Notes: generated by a model not told the origin, from the sequence alone. A stretch of 32,000 nt of DNA from Candidatus Baldrarchaeota archaeon (GCA_019056805.1 DXJG01000004.1:150001-182000); one strand, 5' to 3'. Positions 8,741 to 17,400 are shown, numbered from the stretch's first letter. Made by a program: numbers and translations.

Positions 8741-9403
8741 TTGAGTGGAGATGTAAAAGAAATTCTAAAAAAAGTACGAGACGCTATACTTGAATACAAC
8801 CCTGATAAAACAGTTGAGGCAGTGAACGAAGCCTTAAAAGTGGGTTTAAGTCCGATGAAAATCATGGAGAAGGGGGTAACCCAAGCACTTAAAGAAATAG
8901 GAAAAATGTTCGAAGAAGGAAAAGTATTCCTACCGGAACTCATAATGGCGGGAGAAGCAGGAAAAGCCGCACTAAAAATATTAGAACCAAAAATAAAAGA
9001 AAGAAAAGAAAAAATAAAAAGCTACGGCAAAGTTCTACTGGCGACAGTTGAAGGAGATATACACGACATCGGTAAAAGCTTAGTTGGAGCAGTTCTAATG
9101 GCAAATGGATTTGAAGTAATAGACCTCGGTGCGGATGTACCAACTGATAAATTAATTGAAAAAGTTAAAGAACTTAAGCCAGATGTCGTAGGTCTCTCAG
9201 CACTCATGACAACAACAATGTTAAACCAGGAAAAAGTTATTAAAAAGCTAGAAGAAACAGGACTTAGAGGAACAGTTAAAGTAATTGTTGGAGGAGCCCC
9301 TGTGACCGAAGAATGGGCAAAAAGAATAGGGGCTGATGCATATGGTGCCGACGCCATGGATGCTGTTAAAAAAATAAAAGAACTACTCAATATCAAAGAA
9401 TAG
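8741..9403 (+). CDS. mttC: Methyltransferase cognate corrinoid (B12-binding) protein, MttC/MtgC/MtbC family
   Basis: Cap domain (GKMFEEGKVFLPELIMA), cobalamin motif EGDIHDIGK (DxHxxG), GLSALMTTT and VGGAP. TTG 8741 has better spacing from GGAGGG than TTG 8735. Confidence 0.93.
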   Translation: MSGDVKEILKKVRDAILEYNPDKTVEAVNEALKVGLSPMKIMEKGVTQALKEIGKMFEEGKVFLPELIMAGEAGKAALKILEPKIKERKEKIKSYGKVLLATVEGDIHDIGKSLVGAVLMANGFEVIDLGADVPTDKLIEKVKELKPDVVGLSALMTTTMLNQEKVIKKLEETGLRGTVKVIVGGAPVTEEWAKRIGADAYGADAMDAVKKIKELLNIKE

Positions 9404-9639
9404 AATCAAAAGAGAAAGCTCATTTTTCACTGTTGTTTTCGTTTAGTTTTTATAAATAAAAAAGTTCTCAACAATCTCCGTGTAATCACATAAACTAGCA
9501 CCACTAAAAGAAGGAGAAAAGAAGTTCTCATTAGTATATTTTATTATTTTAACGTTAATTATATTTGTGAAGTCCTTTACTACAAAAAATTTAAGTTAAA
9601 ATTCTGTTTCTTACTGTTAATGCTCAGGTAGTGTTTAAT

Positions 9640-10494
9640 ATGTCAGAACATTCTTCTGAAAAAACATCGTTTAAAGCCTTAACTCGCAAATATGCCTTAA
9701 AAGGGGAAAAAGCCCGCATTTACGGCCCCATTGATCATAAAGGATATTCATATTGGGCAATTTACTATGAAATGAAAAAATTGTTTAAAAAACCAGTGGG
9801 AACATGCATTATCGTCGTTGATACAAATCAAAGAATTATAACTGACAAAGATATTTTCAGAGCAGTTTCACAAACAATCTTGCTACCTCGTCCAACCAAC
9901 TATTTTCAAAAAATCTACGAGGAGGAAATGAAGGAATTCTCCAATATTCATGATTTTTTTTCACGATCAGAGAAATATGTTTTACAATCAGATATTTCAA
10001 CACTTCTAGAAGAAGCTAAGGAACTGGACTTTCCAGAAATTTCTGAAGCTTTAGAGAACATTATAAAGCAATCTGAAAGAATAGCTGAAATAACTGGCAA
10101 AATATTGGAGAAGAAAGAAAAAATGAAAGACTTAATAAAATTTTTGCAAGAAAAGATTGATCAAGAACGTGCTAACGTATTTCTCAAAGTGGTGGTAAAT
10201 GAAGAAGGAAACCTAATTAAAGATTTATTAGAAGCTTTTCATGAAAGGAAAAAATTACTGCAAGATCTCGAAGATGCTATCATGACAAGGAAAAATATCG
10301 AATCGTTACCTAAAGACTTTGATTTATTATTAAAAGACACTAAATTTGAAATCAAAGCTCTAAGCAACATTGACACGGTTTTTAATAATCTTATAAAGAT
10401 GCGAAAAGATATCCAAGAATTATATGATCGATGCCAGGGTACTATTGAAGAATTTTATGAAAAAATGCTGAAAAGAATAAAAACAATAATTTAG
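9640..10494 (+). CDS. Hypothetical protein with an N-terminal alpha/beta domain and a long helical/coiled-coil C-terminus
   Basis: 284-codon ORF with normal composition and no recognised motif; E/K/L-rich helical C-terminal two thirds. Start GTG 9631 or ATG 9640. Confidence 0.75.
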   Translation: MSEHSSEKTSFKALTRKYALKGEKARIYGPIDHKGYSYWAIYYEMKKLFKKPVGTCIIVVDTNQRIITDKDIFRAVSQTILLPRPTNYFQKIYEEEMKEFSNIHDFFSRSEKYVLQSDISTLLEEAKELDFPEISEALENIIKQSERIAEITGKILEKKEKMKDLIKFLQEKIDQERANVFLKVVVNEEGNLIKDLLEAFHERKKLLQDLEDAIMTRKNIESLPKDFDLLLKDTKFEIKALSNIDTVFNNLIKMRKDIQELYDRCQGTIEEFYEKMLKRIKTII

Positions 10495-10601
10495 ATCGCA
10501 AGAAAAGAACTTTAAAACATGAACAAAAAGTCTTTCGCATTTTGTTAAATTTACAACTTATTTTTAATTAATTTTATATGTCTCTATCTTTTAAAATAGG
10601 A

Positions 10602-11504
10602 ATGGTGGAAGACGTGGAGGAAGTCGTTATTAGAGAACTAAAAAATATAGAAGAGTTTGCTAGATGTGAAGAGATTCAAAGACAAGCATGGGGCATGAAA
10701 GATATAGAAATAGTTCCCCTTCATCTCCTAGTTACAGTTCCAAAAGCCGGAGGAATCGTGCTTGGTGCATTTAACAAAAAAGAGGGGTCCCTTATCGGGT
10801 TTTGCTTTGGCTTCATCGGACATGACGGTAAAAGATTTTATCTCCATTCTCATATGAATGCTGTTATACCAGAGAAACAGAACAAGGGCGTAGGACGCCT
10901 CTTAAAATTGAAACAGAGGGAATGCGCATTACAAAGAGGATTTAACCTGATAAAATGGACTTTTGACCCTCTAGAAGGACTAAATGCAAATTTAAACTTT
11001 AGAAAATTAGGAGTCATAAGCAGGACATACATTCGAAATTGTTATGGAGAGATGAGAGACGAACTTAATATAGGCTTAGAAACAGACAGACTTTTAGTTG
11101 AATGGTGGATAAAATCAAAACACGTTGAAGAACGAATAAAAGGAAACTTCCCAAGCTATTCTATAGAAGAACTTTTATCAGAAAATGCAAGTATAGCCAA
11201 TGAAACAATACCTATAAAACCGAACTTTAGAAAAATTACAAAAATAAACACAGATTTAACTTCAGAAACAGTATTAATTGAAATTCCTGAAAGCATTCAA
11301 AAAATAAAAACTATGAATATGAAGTTAGCAAGGGACTGGAGATTGAAAACAAGAGAACTATTTGAAGCCTATTTCAGAAAAGGTTATGTTGCAATAGATT
11401 TTTTGTCTGAGAAAATAGACGGTCAAAGAAGAAACTTCTACATACTAAGCAAAAAACCAGTCTGGAAAACGAAAATTTCCCATAATTTTATTGAAAGAAA
11501 TTGA
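10602..11504 (+). CDS. GNAT-family acyltransferase (COG3375 type; probable D-amino-acid N-succinyl/acyltransferase)
   Basis: IQRQAWG, GG.VLGAF, YLHSHM.AV.P..Q.KGVG..LK..QR, WTFDPL...NA.LNF.KLG, NCYG.M.D.LN.G..TDRLLVEW. Start uncertain (10578/10602/10614). Confidence 0.85.
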   Translation: MVEDVEEVVIRELKNIEEFARCEEIQRQAWGMKDIEIVPLHLLVTVPKAGGIVLGAFNKKEGSLIGFCFGFIGHDGKRFYLHSHMNAVIPEKQNKGVGRLLKLKQRECALQRGFNLIKWTFDPLEGLNANLNFRKLGVISRTYIRNCYGEMRDELNIGLETDRLLVEWWIKSKHVEERIKGNFPSYSIEELLSENASIANETIPIKPNFRKITKINTDLTSETVLIEIPESIQKIKTMNMKLARDWRLKTRELFEAYFRKGYVAIDFLSEKIDGQRRNFYILSKKPVWKTKISHNFIERN

Positions 11505-11519
11505 TGGAGATAGTAACCT

Positions 11520-12638
11520 ATGTTTATTGAAGAAGTAGAGTTGAGACTAATTAATATGAAACTTGTATCGCCGTTTGAGACAAGTTTTGGACGTGAAACA
11601 GAAAGAAAAACAATTATCGTAAAAATAGTAAGCGAAGAGCTTGAAGGTTACGGTGAATGTGTAGCTATGGATGGTCCATGGTATTCTTATGAAACCATTG
11701 AAACAGCTTGGATCATTCTACAAAAATTTATGATTCCCATGATACTAGGTAAAGAAATTAGTCAGCCAAGTGAATTGATGAAACTTTTAGGTAGAGTACG
11801 TGGTCACAATATGGCTCGTGCATCTCTTGAAGAAGCTTTCTGGGACCTATATGCAAAGTCTCTAGGAAAATCATTATCAAAATTGCTGGGAGGAGTAAAA
11901 GATAAAATTGAAAGCGGTGTAAGCATCGGAATACAGAAAGACATTCAACAATTACTAAAGGTGATTGGTAGTTATTTATCCGAGGGATATAGGAGAATTA
12001 AGCTGAAAATTAAACCTTCTTGGGACATCGAGGTTCTTCGAGAAGTTAGAAAACACTACTCAGATATACCTTTAATGGTTGATGCTAACGCAGCATATAC
12101 AATAAATGATGCACATCACATTAAGAAGCTAGATGAGTTTAATTTACTTATGATTGAACAACCTCTAAGTTACGATGACCTTGTTGACCATGCAAAACTG
12201 CAAAGCACATTAAAAACACCAATCTGCCTCGATGAAAGCATTAAAACAGTCAGTGATGCACGAGCTGCACTTAAACTTGGAAGCTGCAAAATAATTAATA
12301 TCAAAGTCGGTAGAGTTGGCGGTCTACTCAATGCAAAAGAAATTCATGATTTATGTCAAGAAAATAATATTCCAGTTTGGTGCGGTGGCATGCTTGAAAC
12401 AGGTATAGGTAGAGCTATAAACATTGCAATAGCAAGTCTTCCAAACTTTAAATTACCAAATGACATATCTGCAAGCAAAAGATATTATCATGAAGATATA
12501 ATCGACCCTCCATTTGAATTAAACCCAGATGGAACAATCACCGTACCTAAAAAGCCAGGCATAGGTGTCGAGGTTGTTGAAGAAAGATTAAACAAAAGAA
12601 CAATAAAGAAAATTACACTAAAACATAAAAATGGCTGA
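11520..12638 (+). CDS. menC: o-Succinylbenzoate synthase / N-acylamino acid racemase (enolase superfamily, NSAR/OSBS subfamily)
   Basis: PFETSFG, KLK catalytic motif, metal ligands DAN/EQP/DES, NIKVGRVGG, CGGMLETGIGRA and DISAS. Context favours racemase over menaquinone function. Confidence 0.9.
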   Translation: MFIEEVELRLINMKLVSPFETSFGRETERKTIIVKIVSEELEGYGECVAMDGPWYSYETIETAWIILQKFMIPMILGKEISQPSELMKLLGRVRGHNMARASLEEAFWDLYAKSLGKSLSKLLGGVKDKIESGVSIGIQKDIQQLLKVIGSYLSEGYRRIKLKIKPSWDIEVLREVRKHYSDIPLMVDANAAYTINDAHHIKKLDEFNLLMIEQPLSYDDLVDHAKLQSTLKTPICLDESIKTVSDARAALKLGSCKIINIKVGRVGGLLNAKEIHDLCQENNIPVWCGGMLETGIGRAINIAIASLPNFKLPNDISASKRYYHEDIIDPPFELNPDGTITVPKKPGIGVEVVEERLNKRTIKKITLKHKNG

Positions 12639-12671
12639 GCAAAAGTTAATACTGTTGATTTAAGGTTTCAA

Positions 12672-13334
12672 ATGGTGAGAAAAATTACAGCCTGGGAAAA
12701 AATATATGGTGAAAGAGGAAAAGTTTTTGAAGAAGTTGATGAAAGGGTAAAAAAGTTCACAAACAGTTTTATGACATGGAAATGCTGTAGAGTTTTAGAT
12801 ATTGGTTGTGGAAACGGTAGGCATTGCATATATCTTGCTAAAGAAGGCCATCATGTTATCGGTTTAGATGTTTCCGCCCATGGTTTAAAAATAGCTAAAA
12901 AATGGATGCTTGAAGAAAAGTTAATTGTGCATTTGGTGCTGGGAGATATGGCATTTCAGCCATTCAAGAACCTTTCTTTTGATTTTCTTATTTGTATGTA
13001 CACCATCTATCATGCTCCAATAAAGAAAATAATGAAAACCATTAATGAGAACTATCGCATTTTGAAAGAAAATGGAGTAGGTTTGTTTACACTTTTATCA
13101 ACAAATGATCAACATTACGGTAAGGGCAAGGAAATTGAGAAGAACACTTTTCTGCAACCTGAACGAGTACTAGGAACGGAGACGCAACATTTCCAATATC
13201 ATCACTATTTTAACGAAGAAGAAACTAGGCAAGTATTTTCAAAATTTGAAATAATACGCTTAAAGGAATTTAAAATAATGGAGAAAAACACTCTACGTTT
13301 TTATTGGGAAATAATCATTAAACAAAAGAAATAG
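12672..13334 (+). CDS. Class I SAM-dependent methyltransferase
   Basis: Motif I VLDIGCGNGRH, VIGLDVS, GDM...PF....FD and YRILK.NG. Confidence 0.9.
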   Translation: MVRKITAWEKIYGERGKVFEEVDERVKKFTNSFMTWKCCRVLDIGCGNGRHCIYLAKEGHHVIGLDVSAHGLKIAKKWMLEEKLIVHLVLGDMAFQPFKNLSFDFLICMYTIYHAPIKKIMKTINENYRILKENGVGLFTLLSTNDQHYGKGKEIEKNTFLQPERVLGTETQHFQYHHYFNEEETRQVFSKFEIIRLKEFKIMEKNTLRFYWEIIIKQKK

Positions 13335-13412
13335 GCGAATAAACAAATTTTATTTAAGTCAAAACAGGATGTTTATGGATTTAAAATATAAATTTAGGAG
13401 GTTCTGTGCAAC

Positions 13413-13943
13413 TTATCCTTGTTTAAACTCATTTTGAAGTATACTCATCAATATAGTGTCATGCCATTCTCCGTTTCTCCAGAATGCTTCTCTCATAACA
13501 CCTTCTTTCTTGAATCCTGCTTTCTCATAGCATCTTAGGGCTCTCTTATTAAAGTCGTAAACCCGTAGATAAACTCTATGAAGGTTTAATTCGTGGAATG
13601 CGTATTTTAAAAGCGTTTTTATGGCGTCGGTTCCATATCCCCTTCCCCAGTATTCCTTTTTCCAAATAGCTATGCCAAGTTCAGCATTTCTATTTTTCCA
13701 ATCAACCTTGTGTAAACCAATAGTACCTATAAGCTGTCCGCTTTCTTTTTCACAAATTCCGAAAATGAAGTCAGTTCCGTTCTTTCTTCTCTCCCAACTA
13801 TTTTTCACAAATTCTTCCTCTTCGATTTCAGAAAAGGGATAAAACATACCTAAATATTGTCTAACTTCCCAATCATTAACATATTTGTGTAGTTCTTTAG
13901 CATCATGTAGTTCTAATCCTCTTAGAACAACTTTTTCTCCCAT
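13413..13943 (-). CDS. RimJ/RimL-family GNAT N-acetyltransferase
   Basis: LIGTIGL..VDW.NRNAELGI.I....YWGRGYGTDA, LHRVYLRV..FN.RA..CYEKAGFKKEG.MR, W.D..LMSIL. ATG 13943 (track TTG 13949). Confidence 0.92.
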   Translation of the reverse strand: MGEKVVLRGLELHDAKELHKYVNDWEVRQYLGMFYPFSEIEEEEFVKNSWERRKNGTDFIFGICEKESGQLIGTIGLHKVDWKNRNAELGIAIWKKEYWGRGYGTDAIKTLLKYAFHELNLHRVYLRVYDFNKRALRCYEKAGFKKEGVMREAFWRNGEWHDTILMSILQNEFKQG

Positions 13944-14119
13944 AAGCAAGAAGAAACCCCCAACCTAACAGATCTCTATGTTTCCTTTTTAATGGTATTT
14001 AAAATCCAAAGGGTAATAAAACGTTTGGTCTTAATTAGAGCTAAGTATTTTCTTTTATTTTTATGAAAACAATTTTAAGCATCTGCTAGCATAGCTTTAC
14101 GATGATTGGAGGTGCTGAG

Positions 14120-14527
14120 ATGGTTGGCTGGGAGGAAATTAAAGATTTCTTTAGCAGCTTTGGTAAAGATTTCATGGACATATTGCAAGTTGGAGCTACA
14201 TGGGAGTACCGTGTCTTAGATAGACCTGATCTTGTATGGCATATTGTTAAAGGTGAAGACGGGTTACCGAAAGTTAAAGAAGGACCAGCTGAAAAACCAG
14301 ATGCAATATTATTTTACAGCGAGAAAGCATTAGAATGGATTATTAAAAATACAGCTAGAGATCAAGATGGTAGACCTATTGCACAAGACTTCTATAAAAA
14401 ATGGAAGGAAATTCATGATCATCCTAGACCAGGTTTTGATACTTACTGGGAGCTTAAAATAAGTCTTGGAAGACTTAAAAGAAAAGGCTACATGGAGTTT
14501 GCCAAGAAATATGGATTATTAACATAG
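14120..14527 (+). CDS. Small protein with probable SCP2 (sterol carrier protein 2)-like lipid-binding fold
   Basis: Signature-like KVKEGPAEKPDAIL segment after a beta-meander and a closing GRLK. ATG 14120 follows GGAGGTG. The fold call is by eye. Confidence 0.5.
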   Translation: MVGWEEIKDFFSSFGKDFMDILQVGATWEYRVLDRPDLVWHIVKGEDGLPKVKEGPAEKPDAILFYSEKALEWIIKNTARDQDGRPIAQDFYKKWKEIHDHPRPGFDTYWELKISLGRLKRKGYMEFAKKYGLLT

Positions 14528-14531
14528 GAGA

Positions 14532-16106
14532 GTGAACCTTTTGAACGAGTTACCGATAATTGAAAGAAAATATTTTGAAAGTGACGAGAAACCTGAAAAG
14601 GAGTTGTTTATTGGAGGAAAATTCATTTACAGTGAAAGTGGAAAGTCACTTCAAATAGTTAATCCTTACAATGGTGAAATTGCTGGTTCTGTTCCTTCAG
14701 CTACTCCCAAAGAACTAAAACTTGCAGTAGAAGCTGCGAAAAAAGCAGCGGGAAATATGAAAAATATGCCTTTAGCTGAACGACAACAATTACTTAATGC
14801 GGTTGCAAAGGAAATTGAGAAGAGAATAGATAAAATTGCTAAAACAATAACACTAGAAACTGGAAAACCGATTGAACAAGCATTTATTGAAGCTATGTAT
14901 GGTGCTGCAACTTTCCAAATAATGGCAGCTTCCCTAAGCGAATTAAAGGGAAGTTTTGTTGAAAGTATAGTTGATCCCCATAGGAAATTTGCATTAGAAA
15001 TTTGGGAACCTATGGGCGTTGCAGCAATAATAACACCTAACAACTTTCCATTCCTCCTACCTTGTTACATAGTTAGTGCGGCTATTGCAGCTGGAAACGC
15101 TGTGGTTTTAAAACCTGCAAGCGATGCTCCTCTGAGCGCTATTCATCTTGCTGAGTGTTTTGCAAGTGCTAGCGCAGCTTTTCCTGTTTCGGAAAGGACA
15201 CCTATGCCAACAACAATGTTAAAGGTTATTAGGCTTCCTGAAGGCGCTTTAAACGTTATAACTGGGATAGGCTTAGGTGAGTTTCTTGCAACACATCCAG
15301 ATGTGGATGTTGTCTCTGTTACTGGTGCAATTGAAACAGGTATGAAAGTTTATGAAGCAATAGGTAGGAACGTAATATCAAGTAAGGCTCCGAAACATAT
15401 TTTGCTCGAGCTTGGAGGCTGTGATCCTGCAATAGTTTTTGCAGATGCAGATCTTGAAGAGGCTGTTAACAAACTTGCTTATGGTGCATTTTGTTGGAAT
15501 GGTGAAGTTGCTTTAAGTACTCAAAGAATCTATGTTGAAAAAGAAGTGTATGAAGACTTTTTGGATAGGTTCATAAAATTAGCTAAAGAGATTAAGTGGG
15601 GAGATCCGTTGGACGAAGAAACAGAGATAGGGCCGCTCATAAATAAGGAAACGCTCGATAAAAATCTTGAAACAATAAAAGATGCTAAATTGAAGGGAGC
15701 AGAGATCGTGGGAGGAGTGTATCATGGAATGATACTTGAGCCAACGGTAATTTACCCTATGAAGCCTGAAATGCTTGTCAGCTATGAAGAATCCTTTGGT
15801 CCAGTAGCGGGAATAGCGTCTTTCACAAGTGAGGAAGAGGCTTTAAAAGAGGCAAATAAAACTAGGTATGGTTTAATGGCTGCTGTTTTCACAGAAAATC
15901 TTAGAAAAGCGTTTGATATGGCTAAAAAACTTGAGTCTGGAACTGTGATAATTAATGATAGTACAGAATGGTTCGAGCCGCATATAGCTTTCGGAGGATA
16001 TAAGTGGAGTGGAACGAAAGGACGTGAAGGAGGAATACATGCTATAAAAGAATTTTCAAAAATAAAAACCATAGTAATAGACTACGAAAGACGTAAACAA
16101 ACATAG
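14532..16106 (+). CDS. Aldehyde dehydrogenase superfamily protein lacking the catalytic cysteine (probable pseudoenzyme)
   Basis: ITPNNFP, GNAVVLKPAS, LELGG, EESFGPV and FGGYKWSG are present. The GQxC nucleophile motif reads GEVA (GCT at 15510-15512). Start GTG 14532 or TTG 14541. Confidence 0.88.
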   Translation: MNLLNELPIIERKYFESDEKPEKELFIGGKFIYSESGKSLQIVNPYNGEIAGSVPSATPKELKLAVEAAKKAAGNMKNMPLAERQQLLNAVAKEIEKRIDKIAKTITLETGKPIEQAFIEAMYGAATFQIMAASLSELKGSFVESIVDPHRKFALEIWEPMGVAAIITPNNFPFLLPCYIVSAAIAAGNAVVLKPASDAPLSAIHLAECFASASAAFPVSERTPMPTTMLKVIRLPEGALNVITGIGLGEFLATHPDVDVVSVTGAIETGMKVYEAIGRNVISSKAPKHILLELGGCDPAIVFADADLEEAVNKLAYGAFCWNGEVALSTQRIYVEKEVYEDFLDRFIKLAKEIKWGDPLDEETEIGPLINKETLDKNLETIKDAKLKGAEIVGGVYHGMILEPTVIYPMKPEMLVSYEESFGPVAGIASFTSEEEALKEANKTRYGLMAAVFTENLRKAFDMAKKLESGTVIINDSTEWFEPHIAFGGYKWSGTKGREGGIHAIKEFSKIKTIVIDYERRKQT

Positions 16107-16119
16107 CATACATATAACA

Positions 16120-16755
16120 TTATTTTAACACTTCTCCTGTTTTCATGTACCATAAAAATAAATCTAACTTTGATAAAGTTAGTTGTGTTTTTCTAGCCAG
16201 TTCTTCAAGAATTTTTTCTATCTTAAGATATTTTTTCCTTGACAGACTCTTAGGAATTTCATCAATTAACCCATATTCATGTAAAATTTTAAGGATATGC
16301 CTATCAAGTATTGCAACATTATCAAACCCTACATTACGAAGAAAATGACTTGCTTCCTTGTATCCTAAGCCCTTAATATTCTTAACCAACCATTCTCGTG
16401 CATCTTTTTCATCAGAAAACTTCTCTATGATTTCCTTTATGTTCTTATATTTCCTTGCTTTCACGATATATTCTGCCCTCTTATTGTAAAATCTATGACC
16501 AAGTTCCTTTAGTTTCTGGGAAAGTTGTTCTACTGAAAGCGTTAGAAAACCTTCTACTCCCACTTTTCCTTGAATTCTTATGCCTAGTTTTGCTGAAGAA
16601 TTAGCAGTTAGTATGCAGAAACATAGTTCCGAAAACCAAGCATCATTGTTTTTATTTTTAAATTCTTTAAATTCCTTAATTCTTTGCTCAACAATTCTTC
16701 CTATCTTATTTTTCTTTAATTCATAAACTTTTCTCGATAAATCATTTAATGTCAT
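16120..16755 (-). CDS. ogg: 8-oxoguanine DNA glycosylase/AP lyase (archaeal/Thermotoga Ogg2 type)
   Basis: FSELCFCILTAN.SA, GHRF...RA.YI, HhH motif IKGLGYKEASHFLRNVG, AILDRHIL, Y..IE and LDL.LWY..TG.VLK. Confidence 0.93.
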   Translation of the reverse strand: MTLNDLSRKVYELKKNKIGRIVEQRIKEFKEFKNKNNDAWFSELCFCILTANSSAKLGIRIQGKVGVEGFLTLSVEQLSQKLKELGHRFYNKRAEYIVKARKYKNIKEIIEKFSDEKDAREWLVKNIKGLGYKEASHFLRNVGFDNVAILDRHILKILHEYGLIDEIPKSLSRKKYLKIEKILEELARKTQLTLSKLDLFLWYMKTGEVLK

Positions 16756-17049
16756 TGAACTCGCCGGATCAGTTAAATTATGTTTTTAATCATTGTTAGA
16801 TGAAATATTTTGACTAAATATTTATATTTATGGTGGACTATGCGGATTTCATTCGGATTATGCTTGGAAGATAAAAATTTGCTCTCATTGATTTCTCAGA
16901 AAGAAGTGTTGTTTCTTCTCATGCAAATTATGATGGTGAAGAAAGAACATCTGAAAATATCTATATTGATGTTTTAAACTGGAAAAGTAGAATATTGAAT
17001 CATTGTCGGTATACTATTTAACTCGCTAAGAGTTTTCGCTTTTCTTTTA

Positions 17050-17400
17050 CTATTTTTTGGTAAATGTTTTTGGAAAATCCGCTATATCTTTGAAAAATAG
17101 ATCAAAACATTTGTTAAAGACTTCTTTAAAATGTTTTAATGCATTTAAGCCTTTATCTGTAATTCTATAGAGTTTTATTCTTTTTCTTTTCGTTTTTTGC
17201 TCCCATTCTCCACTAATTAATCCTATTTCTTCCAATTGATAAAGGATTGGATAAACGGTGCCAGGGCTAAATTTGTGTCCAGTCATCTCAGTTAATTGAT
17301 TTACGATTTCATATCCATGCATGGTTTTTTTCAAAAGAAACCATAAGATTAAAGGTTTTGCTAGGCCTCTTACTATAGTTCTAAGTATTTCACTTTCCAT
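17050..17400 (-). CDS. PadR-family transcriptional regulator
   Basis: IL..L.K..MHGYEI...L, SPGTVYPILYQLE..GLI, RIKLYRITDKG. Start moved to ATG 17400 after GGAGTGA; overlaps the upstream stop by 11 nt. Confidence 0.92.
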   Translation of the reverse strand: MESEILRTIVRGLAKPLILWFLLKKTMHGYEIVNQLTEMTGHKFSPGTVYPILYQLEEIGLISGEWEQKTKRKRIKLYRITDKGLNALKHFKEVFNKCFDLFFKDIADFPKTFTKK

